A DNA stretch of 64,000 nt from Saccostrea cucullata (lineage: Eukaryota). The DNA lies in contig NW_026937312.1 in assembly GCF_032062105.1 (NCBI RefSeq), forward strand, positions 434,001 through 498,000, given 5' to 3'. Position numbers and translations under genes: made by a program. Under the pieces are notes generated by a model, which ran no database searches, was not told the origin of the DNA, and worked only from the letters and a program-made list of their open reading frames with translations. Positions 14,554 to 26,883 of the stretch are shown one piece after another. Within the stretch, counting starts at the first letter, position 1, and every line of letters begins with the position of its first letter.

Positions 14554-17500
14554 ATGAAGAACTTAAAATTTTAAGTTTTTATTTAATTAAAATATCAATA
14601 AAAACCCATCTTAGTGTGAATTGTTTTAATCCTTTGAAGAATGATGGTGACATGTATGAATGCTCTAATTTATCTATTGCCATTGCAATCAAGCGCGTGA
14701 AATAAACACTTGAAATGGAAAAGATTCATTTCAGAGAAGTTTTAAAAGGAGAACAAATGACTAAAATTGCTTCAAGACTATACAGTATAGTTTGATATTA
14801 ATCCTCCTATAACAAATGAACTGGACAGATGATATACACTGTCCCTAAACACCTGACTCAGCGATAGATATAATTTATCTGAGTAACGTAAATAGCAAAC
14901 AACCCAAAGGAGACATATAGACAAGGTAATTAATAATGGTGAAATGAAAGGAATTTTGGCTACAGATCAAAACATTAAGAAATTTCAGAATACCGGGACG
15001 AGGGTCAAGTATACTTACTTACGTAAATATATATAAATCTATATCAACTTACTTGTCAGTGGATGGGTATCTTTATATAAGAAAAGAAAGTAAAGAATGT
15101 GTCATCATTATTTAGATAAAAAAGTATTTAAAAGATTAGGTTTATCCTTTCATACGAAATATCAGAAACTTGAATAGAATTTGAAGTGTTTTAGATAAGA
15201 AAGATATCTTTTACTTTAAAAAATCTGTTGAAAATTATTGTTTTCCTGGCGAATGCATCATTATGAAAATAACACGATTTTGAACATCTGTGAAGTAACA
15301 TTTGAAATTTCCTAAATGATTTAAAATTGGTAGATAAGGCATACCAAAATCTATATGAGATAGTTTGGAAATAATCAATTGAAAAGAAAATAAATCAGAG
15401 AGCATACATGTTTCACAAAGTGTAATTTTTGCTGGTTAATTTAAAGAACAATCTTGAAATGCATTTTCACTTAATCTCAATCTTATATTATTTGAAAGCG
15501 ATAATTGCAGTTAAAAATAATTTTGCAACTTAAAGAAAAAAAATCATATTCGGTTTTTGCCACAACAAAATAGGAGAGAAAGGTTTTCATTTAAATACAA
15601 TATAGCACCCACACAATAACTTGCAATTTAAACGTTGTTATGTAGGCAGTGTTGTATTTAATATGAAAAATTCAATTTAAAAAAAGCATTGACATTTTGA
15701 ATTGTGAAAAACAATACAATTTAAGTCGTTTATGACTTTCCGACAAGATGCCAATATTTTATATGTAATTTCCAATCTTGTAAATTAATTTTTTTAATTT
15801 TGACATGTGGTATTTGCACTCTCACTTTCTATATATATACGTAAGGCAAAATGATTCATTTAATAAATCATTGAGACACAAATGAATGTGAGATAAATGT
15901 ATTTGTTTAATTTGATCATTTAGAATTCTGTAATTTAAGGAAATATTTAACATGCAATATGTTTTTTTCTGTTGTGTTTTATATTCACTGATGCCATTTT
16001 AAAGAATTGCCACTAAACTAACTGAAAAAATATTTTAAAGTTTTGTACATTGTTAATTTTCCAATGCATAAAGTTTTATATATGCTATTCAGTATATACA
16101 TTAAGTCTAGTACAATTTTCATTTCAAGACAAAGTTCTATTTGACATCTGAAAGTCAAGTAAATGATACCGTAGCATCTTCTTAATTTAATTTAAATAAT
16201 TTTGGAAGACATCTTTTGTATATAAACATTACTGCAAACATAGGAAATATAAAATAAATCAGTGGCTGTTAAAGGAGTATTTTTGACGTAAACATTGTTT
16301 TCCACATCGCTACTTTTACATTTATTTGTTTGAAAGAAATCTATAATCTATTTAAAGGCACAACGTTTGAATGTTTCACAGTCAGCAGCTGACTCACACG
16401 CTTATAATGGCTGTATTATTTACGGTATTGTTTACAATCTAAATATATTCCACCTGTTTTTGTAATCAATCTTTTTGTAATGGACTAATTTTCACTCAAT
16501 TTCCTCTGATATTTTATCCACCCTCAACATCTCTCCTTTGAAGAATTCTGACATTCTTTTAAATTTTGCAACACCATTGCATTTTATAATTGTATTTCAT
16601 TATTTATCTAAAAGGTTAAAATCAACCATAAATTAATTTATTGCTAGCCTATAGTTTCTAAATAAGTTAAAAATCTATACTTTATTTGAATTTCTTTTAT
16701 TGACAACACATTGGCATTAAGTGAATATAAAATAACATCTTCTCAGTAGTTTTTGGTGAACTATAATCGTAAATCAGTTGTTTGTTTTGTGGCTTTTCTT
16801 TAGCTTTTCCATCTGTTCAATGTTTTAATGTCTTTGATGCTATCTCTTCAATCATTTTCATTTGGAGGTCAGATAAGGAGTTTTTTTAACTTCTGAGAGA
16901 GGTTTTAAATAAAATCTGATATGGTTTTTACTGATATTAATATTTCAGGAGTCTTAAAAATCAACAACAGAATACAAATGCATTACGAATTCCTCATTAA
17001 TCAGATCCCTCCCATTCTTCCTATTTTTATAACCCTGTAAAAAAAAAAAGCATTGCCTCATGAAATTAAATTATATATTTTTTTTGTTTCATCAACGTCA
17101 GAAGGAATAGTGATCTAAATAAAAATTAAATATTTATTTATTTTCCGCGACATGTGCATTGTTCAGAAGGGATTTTTTTTATGATACCAATGGGATTTGA
17201 TTTGTAAAAAAGTCAGTTTTCTTTGTCCTCAGCTGACATCATCAATAAAATTCCATGCTCGACTCAAATAAGGGCAGCTCGTGTGAGGGTAATTTGAAGA
17301 GTTATCAAACAACACCAAGTGCAGGTAGGGCAAAGTTATGTCTACATGTAAGTCTTCTTAATTTTGCATCAACTTTTAACGATTAAATTTGATCAGTTTT
17401 TACTATTGATATTTGTTTAAATCTATGTACAGATATGATATGATAAATAAGTATATCCCTATAAATCTTTGTCAAATTAAGTGTACGTAGAAGTTATCTC

Positions 17501-18489
17501 CCTTAGAACACCTGACACGTGTTCACGATTGTTAATCCCTGAAAGTAATATTTCTGATAGGGTTTTCCTTTTTTTCTCTTTTTAACAGGCAGAAAACATC
17601 TCTATTCACAAAGTGTCAGTTAGAATATAACACCTGTGATGCTACTGGATATTAAGAATGAGTCGAAAAACTCAATGCATTAATGTAACAAAAGAGGGCA
17701 CGAACCTGAGTCGGCGCTACCCAGCTTGAGCTATGCTTATTATTTGGTAGAAAAATCTCTATTTTGATAGAAAATACAATCTAGTAGAATAGAGTATCAC
17801 AAATGCAACGATTAATGAAAGTAAACCATTTAAAATTTGCGTATCAACAACAGAAAAAGTATGAAAATAGCGAGTTTATACTTAATAATATTTCAATGGT
17901 AACACATTACAAGAAAAAATGCACAGGTGCAATGACAAGATGAATGAAATAGGACTTCCGGTTTCGTTTGATGTTATCCAAATGCTAGCTTTTCTGACTC
18001 TATATTTATGTGCTTAAGCTGAAAGAAAAACATACATAAATCAATATAATGTTTATCAATGTATCTATAATTAAAATGTTTAAACCATTTAAGATTGTAT
18101 TCGCTGTCAATTTTTCAGCTACCGAAAAAAGGCAGTAAATGCATTGGAAATACTATTTCAGATATTTATCAATTGCAGATATTCACCAGGAACAAAAAAC
18201 GTCATCTGTTGGATACATATGATAAAAATTGTATGATCTTTATCTTGTTATCAGGAATGTATAATCAATAATAATACATTTCAATATATTAGTAACCATA
18301 TGTTTGATGCATTAAGAGCAGAGAACGAAAAGTTGACAGGTATACAGCGAATTTATGGGAATAAAACAGTTCATTTGTACCGATTTAATGGGCCATCAGA
18401 TCTTTATATTTAGTTTTCTACCTCTGTTAACTCTTTACAACTTGCTGAACTGTTATGCAACATACACTTAATGTCCACGTCATAGAAAT

Positions 18490-18780
18490 AGAAATTTACC
18501 ATTTCCCCGCAAGCACCTTTTAGCGTAGTACACGTTTCTCTAAAGTTTAACGTAAATAATATTCTGATGTTATATTTTAATACAAAAATAACTTTTCTTA
18601 TTTTATCAGATTTTTGTTAGTATAAAATAGCAGGAAATTGGCATTAAATTAAAGATTACATGAACATTTTGAGGTGCGTGAAAATGCGTGATTGCGGGGA
18701 AACGGTATATGCGTGATTTTGCGTTAGTAATAGGAAATGGTATATGCGTTAAAATGAGTGACTGCGGGGAAGGGGGTTAA
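18490..18780. mobile_element. Degenerate MITE with subterminal repeats, possibly piggyBac-type right end
   Basis: TACCATTTCCCCGCAA near 18497 is inverted to TTGCGGGGAAACGGTA near 18692. The motif is repeated and ends GGGGTTAA at 18780. The left terminus is not resolved. Confidence 0.4.
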
Positions 18781-18849
18781 TGGTGGAAGAAGATTTTAGT
18801 CAAATAAATATATTAAACTGTAATGTATCGTAAAACACCGTTATTGCAA

Positions 18850-19180
18850 TACTGGTCGAGCAAACTGTGATTTCCTAAAAATGGGACGATGAAATGAATG
18901 GGTTGTAAAATTTTTGTGCTGTCGATACAATGATTTTACAGCAGATATCATCTACCATTAAGTCGAATGCTTACTGACGTTTTCCATACTTACTTATAAG
19001 TTATTATTTACAAACTAAATTGTCTACGGATATTTTACAAGAAGCACAAAACGGGTGATGCTTACTCCTTGATGACACCTGATCCCACCTCTGATATTAT
19101 GCATGTCTGTGTTTCCTCTGCTCCTGATTTGTATTGCTTGAAGGACTTTTGAACTCTTCATTATCTCCATATATTTCATT
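18850..19180 (+). mobile_element. Penelope-like 3' fragment
   Basis: GATGCTTACTCCTTGATGACACCTGATCCCACCTCTGAT...GCTCCTGATTTGTATTG tail, with decayed coding end upstream. Confidence 0.65.
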
Positions 19181-19662
19181 ACACTCTTTGCATTGTTCAA
19201 TTTCTAGGGTAAAGGATTAATGACATGTCTGCCTTTATTTCATTGAGGGAAATAATTTTCACTTTTTTAAAATTCATGACAAAAAATCAGAATCATTTGG
19301 ACGCCATTCTTCAGGTGATAAATGTAGACTACTATAGTTTTTTTCTTATTACAAAGATATTCCTAATTATAAAAATGTTTCAGGAGTTGAGAGTTGACAT
19401 ATCGGTTAATATGTCTTTTAATATACATTGTACAGAATTATTTCAAAATAGTTAGTCACTATACAAATAAATGAAAGTAATTGGGTCTTTATGCTGATTT
19501 TGTGATGTTTAGGAAGATTTCAACAGTTATGTTTTAGTCTTTAGGAGAAGTAAGAACATTTTATCTCAATTATAATCACATCTAATGAAAATACTTTCCG
19601 TATGATGTCTCATGTACAATGTACATGTTAACAGAACTAATTTAAAAGAATGAAACAACTAA

Positions 19663-20438
19663 AAACAGTACGACATTTAACTCTGGACACGACATAGTCC
19701 AGACCATTTCTAATTATGATATCCAAAATATTTTTATATCACTTGGTGGGATTTCTTAGCAGTATTCCAAGGTCTCCTGTTGAACCACAAACATTCCCAC
19801 TTCAAAAGAAATGAAGTCCTAAATATTAGAATCCCATGGGATAATACTGGGATTTTTGTCCCACCAACTATCCCACCTTTCTCCCATGGGAGAAAAATGT
19901 CAGATGGGATAGTTTCTCCCATGGGGATATCTTCTTTCATAAATGTGTTCAAATGGGATAAATCCCACGGATATTTGGAATCAAACAATATCTCCCATAC
20001 ATTATGATACATGGAATATATCCCATAAATTATGACAATGACTAATCTTTCATCGTAATATATAGAATATATTCCTATGTTAACGATGTATAGGTGTTAA
20101 AAAAAACAATGTTAATATCCGTGGGATTTATCCCATTTGAACAAATATGTGGGAGAAAAAATCCCACAGGAGAAAATATCCCATCTGACATTTTTTCTCC
20201 CATGGGAGAATGGTGGGATAGTTGGTGGGACTGAAAATCCCACCATTCTCCCATGGGATTCCAATATTTAGGACTTCATATCTATAGAACGGGAGATGTT
20301 TGTGAGTTCAACATGAGTCCCTGGCATACTGCTAAGAAATCCCACCAAGTGATATAAAAATATTTTGGATATCATAATTAGAAATGATAGTAAAAAGTCT
20401 GGACTATGTCGTGTCCAGAGTTAAATGTCGTACTGTTT
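19663..20438. mobile_element. Foldback/MITE-like palindromic element (about 776 bp) with 315-325-bp inverted arms
   Basis: AAACAGTACGACATTTAACTCTGGACACGACATAGTCCAGAC at the left is the exact reverse complement of the right end. Arms are 19663-19975 and 20114-20438 with a spacer of about 138 bp. Many TCCCA/TGGGA subrepeats. TSD not clear. Confidence 0.88.
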
Positions 20439-22876
20439 AAAGTGCTCTTTAAGAGAGTATCTTTACATTTCACCGTATACTTGAAACATGTAATTAAAAA
20501 TATACGTTCTGCACAAATATTGTTACTGTCTAACGTTTAACACGCATTTTAATTTATTAGAACGTTTCTTGTGTAGATAAGAAATGTTTCAAATATTTAA
20601 ATAATCTTTTCATTATACATATTTTTTAGGCTTTAACTGTAAGATTAAACCATAAGCACTATGAAATCAAAATCAACATAGTATCATTAAGATTTCTTTT
20701 CAATTCAAATATAATATAAAGTGTATTAATATTCTATTTTGCCTGTCACATGCATGTAAGGCACTAATTAAAAAAAATTATTTATTAATTTGATTTGAAT
20801 CTCCAAACTTTACAATTTCCTTCCTTTATGACTTAAAAAATAGTTACAAACAATTTTCTTTCATTACGATTTTTTTTAGCAAAGAAAACACATCAAGGAG
20901 GGCATTTATATGGGAGATTGAAGCATTATATTTATTTTTTATGCATTTTAATTTCTTGTTTTATACATCTAAATTTAATTTTTAATGTGTAAATAATGAA
21001 TTCATTATAATTTAAAGATTAGTCACACATTTCAAAATAGGTATTTTCCCCCAAATGACTGGTCTTTTCAGTATCGTATTTTCTATATTATCTGATTCCT
21101 CAGATGCCTAAATGTGTCTTTTTATCCAGCTATTAAACAGACGGCAGTTAGGTCATAACCGGTTTAGGAATTATATTTTTGCGCATGATCAGTGGTAGGT
21201 ACGGATGTTGATTGCATTATTGATGACCTTGTCGATAATTTTCCAATTAAAATGTTAAGAAACTTCATAAAACAAATATTTATTTTTCATGGCAGCTTAA
21301 GGGATTATTATAAAAGGGAGGAAATTACAGCTTTGACACTAATAATTATGGATTAATGTCATAGTTTTAAAGTTAAAAACATAACTATTTAAATCCTATT
21401 GTCACTTGTTCCAAAAGAACAAAATCAATATTTATGTTATTGATGTTAAAATATTATTGATTCTACGTATTTTAGAATAATAATAATGTAATATATTATA
21501 TCAAGCTTCTGTATCAAATACTCTGTTTGTTCAAACGTTTAAATTAAAATCTTATAAACAGAAATAATTAAGTAGAAAGTGAAACGAAATGTATATACAT
21601 GTATATTCATGAACACCTTTTTGCAATTGCAAAGATCTCTATGAGCTGCTGGGTTAACATACCAGTAACTTGCACGATGTATTCCTTATTATACAAAGTT
21701 CAAAGTAAATGCTGAGAAAATAATAAATAATAACAAAACATTTTACTGTAACGGACATCCTTTATTTCTAATTCATAATTTGACAGCAAAAGATGTGATT
21801 CATTTTATCTAGTTTGACAAAAAACATACTTTAACCCAAAGAAGTAAACAAATTATTTTGCGTCAATTATGAGAAGGATATATAGTAAAATCAAATTGCC
21901 AAAACATCATTCATCGCGCAAGATTTAAAGAGAAATGCCAGTTATTAAAAGAGAGATGAAGTCCATTGACCTTATCATATTCAACCGCTATTAAACATAT
22001 AAGAATCAGCTAGTCAAAGGATTATTCACCCCATTGACTGGTCATTTTCTCAAGGGATGATGATCTAATCGAAACATCACGTGATAGAGGTAAGAGTCAC
22101 ATGTCAAAATGACCTTTTTTCATCAAGGAAGAAAATGACAAAGTTTTCACGAAATTCAATTTATGACGTAAAATTAAATCAATGTCAGACATTGTGAAAG
22201 AATTTTATGTGAAAGTAAAGTGTTCAATGGATTTGGACGAAAACAAACAGTGTTGTTTTTAAGATAAAAAATAGGTGCTTTATCCTTTACCAATCATATC
22301 TGATCATCATCTAATAGCCTTTAACTTAAAGGCAAAATCAAAATTAATTTCAATGTCCGACAAAAAAATTACATTCACATAATTTTTATCATGACCCTCT
22401 TCTTAAAAAAAAACACAAAACCAAAACGATATGTGGTAAATATATTGAAAATTTTATTATTTAGCAACTTTTAGGATTTATAACTTGTTCAAGCTTTTTG
22501 AATTCCTGTAGCATTAACTTTTCTGCCAGTGGTCAGCTTCAGTTAAAAAATTAATCTCGCACACAGCATATTCTTGAGAAATAAGAAGATGGGAGATATA
22601 AAAACATATGGTTAAAGCGTGATATTACTATATAATTGAGGAGAATTGACAATGGAAAAGCCTGAATCCAACTCAGTTGACACATAATTTAATTATTTGG
22701 TGGCCCTTACATCGTCTATATGCAGTAAAACATCAAGAGGTGAAACGGATTAGGAAAATTCTGTGGAGTCTTGAATGGAAGTACATGTAGTAAGGGATAT
22801 TTGTTAAAAAAATATTGTTATTATTTTGTTATTATGTTAATACCGAGGCAACAAGGAGTGTTTTCTTCTCGCGTAG

Positions 22877-23585
22877 AATGAAAGATATGAAGATAACAAA
22901 CAGTATTCTAGCTCAAAAGTACAAAATTGGAACAGAGCAAACTCGGTCCTCCAAAACTACACCAGAGTTGGAGTCAGGTGTCATGAAAAGTGAGCATCCC
23001 CTGCCGACTGGTCACATCCGCCGTTTGCTTCTTGTCATAATCGGGAAGAAAACGTCGTCACTTCAGTGTTTAAATAATGACCTAACAATGATTGTAAAAG
23101 ATCTCAGTCAGCATTTGACTTAATGACAAGTTGTATTTGCTGACAAGGTCGTTATATATGTACTTTCAAAAAGACGTTAAACGAGACTGCTAATATTCTT
23201 GTTTAATCAACTTGTTTGACAATAACTTTTCATGTTTTTGAAATCGTTCATATATAGAGCATGCTCTTGCCTATTGAACCAACTAATAGTGTAATTGTGT
23301 AAATCCTGTATGCAGGTTATAAAGGTATATTGCTGCATAAGTAAAGGAAGTTGACGATTAAAAAGTTTAGGTCCATCACATTTTTTATAAAGCTTTGTTG
23401 TCAAATACCATAAAGTCGTTTTTAAGTACAATATACAAATATTGAACAGATGTGCCAGACTGTGTAATACCTTTTATTTCAAGCTCAACTAGATATATCG
23501 TATCGACAAAAGAATCATTCTTAAATGTTAATTGACAATACGTCGTCAATGTATCTAAATGTCGTGTTGAAGACCGAAGCAAGTG
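22877..23585 (-). mobile_element. Penelope-like retroelement fragment retaining the RT YIDD motif
   Basis: The minus strand near 23535-23583 reads LASVFNTTFRYIDDVLS, then IYLVELEIKG and a frameshifted LTTKLYKKCD. The reverse-complement 3' tail lies at 22877-23030. Confidence 0.8.
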
Positions 23586-24098
23586 TATAGTTTAGTTGTT
23601 TTTTTGCCGTAAATGTTTTTCACGTGTGACCTGTCAAACAGATATGTCTTAATCCCTGGTATATTTAAATTCTACAATGCAACATATTGCAATTGAATAT
23701 TGATAATTGATAAACGCAAACGAGAAATCTTAATTTTAACTTAAACGCTTCATTGAGAGAAGTTTTTTAGAAGAATTAATTTTTTTTATTTTAAAATCAA
23801 TTCTTTGTATGAATAGATTATAATAAAAATGCTGTACTTGTTTGTAATCACTATCACTCTATAGTAAAACATCGGAAAATGAAACAGAAATTGGACATGT
23901 ATAATGATTAATATTTTCCAATTTTCAAGTATGTAATACATTTACATGTACTGAGTATATACACTTTCTTCAATGGTTTGATGAAAAATGTATTTAATCA
24001 TTGATTTCACAGTTTGATGTGTATTAAAGAAAGACATTTGTTTCATTCAATATATTTGTACTAGATTCTTAAAATTGACAAAAATATGGGTTTGTGTA

Positions 24099-24242
24099 TG
24101 TCACGGATTATCCGCGGGTTTATGTAACGTACGTTAACGTTATTGTTACGTCACAATACTGTACGTTATGTTTCTATAGTTAATAACAGAGTCAAAATAA
24201 ACCACTATACGATCAAGACGCATTTCTATTCTTTCCACAACA
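24099..24242 (+). repeat. 5' LTR (144 bp)
   Basis: TGTCACGG...CCACAACA, identical on manual comparison to 26740-26883; contains AATAAA. Confidence 0.96.
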
Positions 24243-24246
24243 ATTT

Positions 24247-24257
24247 TGGTGCCGTGA
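24247..24257 (+). other. Primer-binding site complementary to the tRNA-His 3' end
   Basis: TGGTGCCGTGA begins after a 4-nt gap following the LTR. It is the reverse complement of ...TCACGGCA-CCA, the 3' end of metazoan tRNA-His(GUG). Confidence 0.8.
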
Positions 24258-24285
24258 TCGACGGAATGTCTACATAATACGTAAA

Positions 24286-26532
24286 ATGGAAGGAAGACTG
24301 AAAGCCATACGGGCCGGTAACAGATCAGCGGTGACGAAACTTTTCGGACGATTTTTGGACTTGAAAGAAAATACAACCAGTGAAGTAACGGAGGAAATCT
24401 AAGTAATTAGGAAATCTCTAACACAAAAAAGACAAACTCTACAAGAACTAAATGAACGCATATTAGACGCATTATCTGAAGAGGACATAGAAGAAGAAAT
24501 CACAAACACAGATGAGTATATGTACGAATTAGACTGCAAAATTAAGAAAACAGAAAAATTTACAGAAAAGGTTTCATGTAAAACGTTGAACGCCAGTGCT
24601 GAGTGTTTTGTACCCGCCTTAGAAATTCATGATAGTAACGTAAACACTTCAGCTGCAATTCACTCAAGTGAAACGGCTTGTGAGAATATTTTAAACAATT
24701 TTCCTGCCACTGATCTCGATGAACAAAGTACCCAGGATTGGCAGAAAAATGTTTTATCATTACCATCCAACCAGGCCACAAATAATCATCGACTACCGAA
24801 ACTGAATCTTCCACATTTTGACGGGGATATACTACAATGGAATACATTTTGGGATTCATACGAATCAACAATTCACCGCAACCAAACTTTAACACCAATT
24901 CAAAAGTTTTCGTATCTCAAGGCTCAATTACAGGACGCAGCAGCACAAACCATTGCAGGATTTACTCTCACAAACGCAAATTATGAAACCGCCATAGACC
25001 TGCTCAAGGAACGGTTTGGTCAACCCCAGAAAATTATTAATGCTCACATGAGAGCACTTATGGAACTGCAAGCCCCGAGAAACGACGCCATCAGTTTAAG
25101 AAATTATGGAGACTGCTTGGAATCTCATGTCAGGAGTTTAGAGTGTCTAGGACAAAAACAAGAGATGTACGGAGCTTTACTTATTCCAGTCATAATCAAC
25201 AAACTACCAGCTGAAATCAGGAAAAACATTGCACGTGAGTACGATGGTGACAACATTTCGCTACTCAATCTTCATAAAGCTATCAGCAAAGAAGTCAAAA
25301 TCCTTGAATCAGGCCAGATTGAAAACAGCGATGGATTCCACGCAACAGCAATGTTTCTTACCGGAGCCTCAAAGAAACAACGCCATGTTCATAATGGACA
25401 CAACCAGAAAACAAAAGAGTCAACTCCTTATGTCGAAACAACAGAGATAAAGAGCCGCCCATGCATTTATTGTTGCACAGAGAATCACTTTCCAGGGGAT
25501 TGTAAAAAAGTTACAGAAGTAAGTGCAAGATTCGACATCTTAAAACGTAAGAAATTATGTTTCAACTGCTTAGGAAACCACCGTGCCGCAGATTGTAAAT
25601 CCCGCAACAGATGTAAAAAGTGCCAGAAGAAACACCACACAAGTATATGCGACATGAAACTAACGAGGGACAGAGACGAGCCCACCAAATCAACAATTGT
25701 CAACATTGTAGGAACGAGCAAACAAAAACCCACAGAAATAAACGTTGAACAACGACATAAAAGTGTTTTATGGAAATCAGCTTCCACTCCGATGAGTCGG
25801 ACTGTGGACTCCATTCAAGAAAGTAGCAAGCTGACTAACGAGATACAGCAACTTAAGTCAGAGCTGAAGACTAAGACAGAAAGGATGAATACGTTGGAAC
25901 AAGAAAATGCTATTATGCTAGAGAGATTGTTACAATTCGACCAACAAAGAAATTTTCAGACTCGTGTGGAGAATGGGATGAAGGATATGATGGAACATAT
26001 AAATAAACTTGCGCACGAAAACGGACGTCTGCATAACGAGGTTCAGGAATTAAAGGACCAAGTTGTTAATATCAAAACCTACAGCACTCACTTGGAGCAT
26101 TTTAATGCTAAAAACAGCAGTCTTCAGTCACGATATGATTACGCTCTAAGGCAAATAAGTGATCTAAATATCAAAGTACAGACACTTGAAAATCAGCTAC
26201 AAACCTCACAGGGCCCCGTGGAAAGAAGGGAGAAAGATTACACGTTCGCCGTAAGGATCCGTGATGACACACGAAGGGAAGAAACTCAGATGACAGAAAA
26301 ACGTACAGAGGCTGAGGAGAAGGAAAAAGAAAAATCACAGAAAAAGAATCTCAGGGACATGGCAGAGATAATAAACAAAATGCCAATCTACGGACTCGAA
26401 ACATGGAACTGGAGAAATCTAACACAGAACTACGTCACAAACACTCCGAGGAATTCATACAGAGGAGAGACGGATTCGTTAGAGCTGCCACTTTACGGAC
26501 CAAAAATGGACTTACCAACAGACCAATTGTGA
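24286..26532 (+). pseudogene. gag: BEL/Pao Gag (DUF1759-type capsid, three Zn knuckles) fused to a long coiled-coil; one in-frame TAA at codon 39; 670-aa open frame from 24520
   Basis: ATG 24286 (MEGRLKAIRAGNRSAVTKL) is in frame with the 24520-26532 ORF except for TAA at 24400-24402. Capsid motif RLPKLNLPHFDGDILQWNTFWDSY...KFSYLK...LLKERFG. Knuckles CIYCCTENHFPGDC, CFNCLGNHRAADC, CKKCQKKHHTSIC. Heptad-rich region at about 25810-26212. Confidence 0.88.
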
Positions 26533-26636
26533 AACTATATCCAATCGAAGTGAATGAGAACGAACTTAAAATACTATCTTCTGATCGAGTGTCAAAAACA
26601 AAAGCCAAAGAAAGAATCCGTGAATGGACCTCTTAA
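26448..26636 (+). pseudogene. Remnant of the BEL/Pao integrase C-terminal (DUF5641-like) tail, out of frame with gag
   Basis: EEFIQRRDGFVRAATLRTKNGLTNRPIVKLYPIEV...KAKERIREWTS matches the G.DG.VR.A...T..G...RPI.KL.P.E motif that ends BEL/Pao polyproteins. Confidence 0.8.
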
Positions 26637-26739
26637 TTGAGTGATTATGAACTTGTATTTATTTTGAATTTCAATGAACTGTTAATTTGATTTGAACTTT
26701 CTTAATATTCTAGTATAATATTCATTTCGGTGCCCGGAG

Positions 26740-26883
26740 TGTCACGGATTATCCGCGGGTTTATGTAACGTACGTTAACGTTATTGTTACGTCACAATAC
26801 TGTACGTTATGTTTCTATAGTTAATAACAGAGTCAAAATAAACCACTATACGATCAAGACGCATTTCTATTCTTTCCACAACA
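26740..26883 (+). repeat. 3' LTR (144 bp)
   Basis: Identical to the 5' LTR; preceded by CGGTGCCCGGAG (PPT position) and followed by TSD GTGTA. Confidence 0.96.

Larger units (their letters stand above)
24099..26883 (+). mobile_element. BEL/Pao-superfamily LTR retrotransposon, non-autonomous (2785 bp, Gag-coiled-coil, no pol)
   Basis: Two identical 144-bp TG...CA LTRs; 5-bp TSD GTGTA (24094-24098 and 26884-26888); PBS after the 5' LTR. Internally a BEL-type Gag ORF and an integrase C-terminal remnant. Confidence 0.95.

Noticed and set aside
17233-17660. Strong-looking + strand splice acceptors at about 17232 and 17588
   Set aside because: Possible exons give short unrecognisable peptides with stops; such motifs are frequent in AT-rich DNA and need RNA evidence.
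19734-20012. Overlapping ORFs on both strands (92 and 75 aa)
   Set aside because: They lie within the palindromic arm of the foldback element and have no transposase motifs.
24247-24265. tRNA-His gene
   Set aside because: Only an 11-nt complement to the tRNA 3' end next to the LTR (a PBS); no cloverleaf.
24560-25814. Antisense and alternative-frame ORFs inside gag
   Set aside because: Shadow ORFs of a long coding region with no independent evidence.
25810-26400. Envelope-like gene in the BEL element
   Set aside because: No signal peptide or transmembrane segment; the region is hydrophilic coiled-coil fused to Gag.
24520-26532. Domesticated (host) Gag gene interpretation
   Set aside because: Identical LTRs, TSD and PBS show a recently mobile element, not a fixed host gene.
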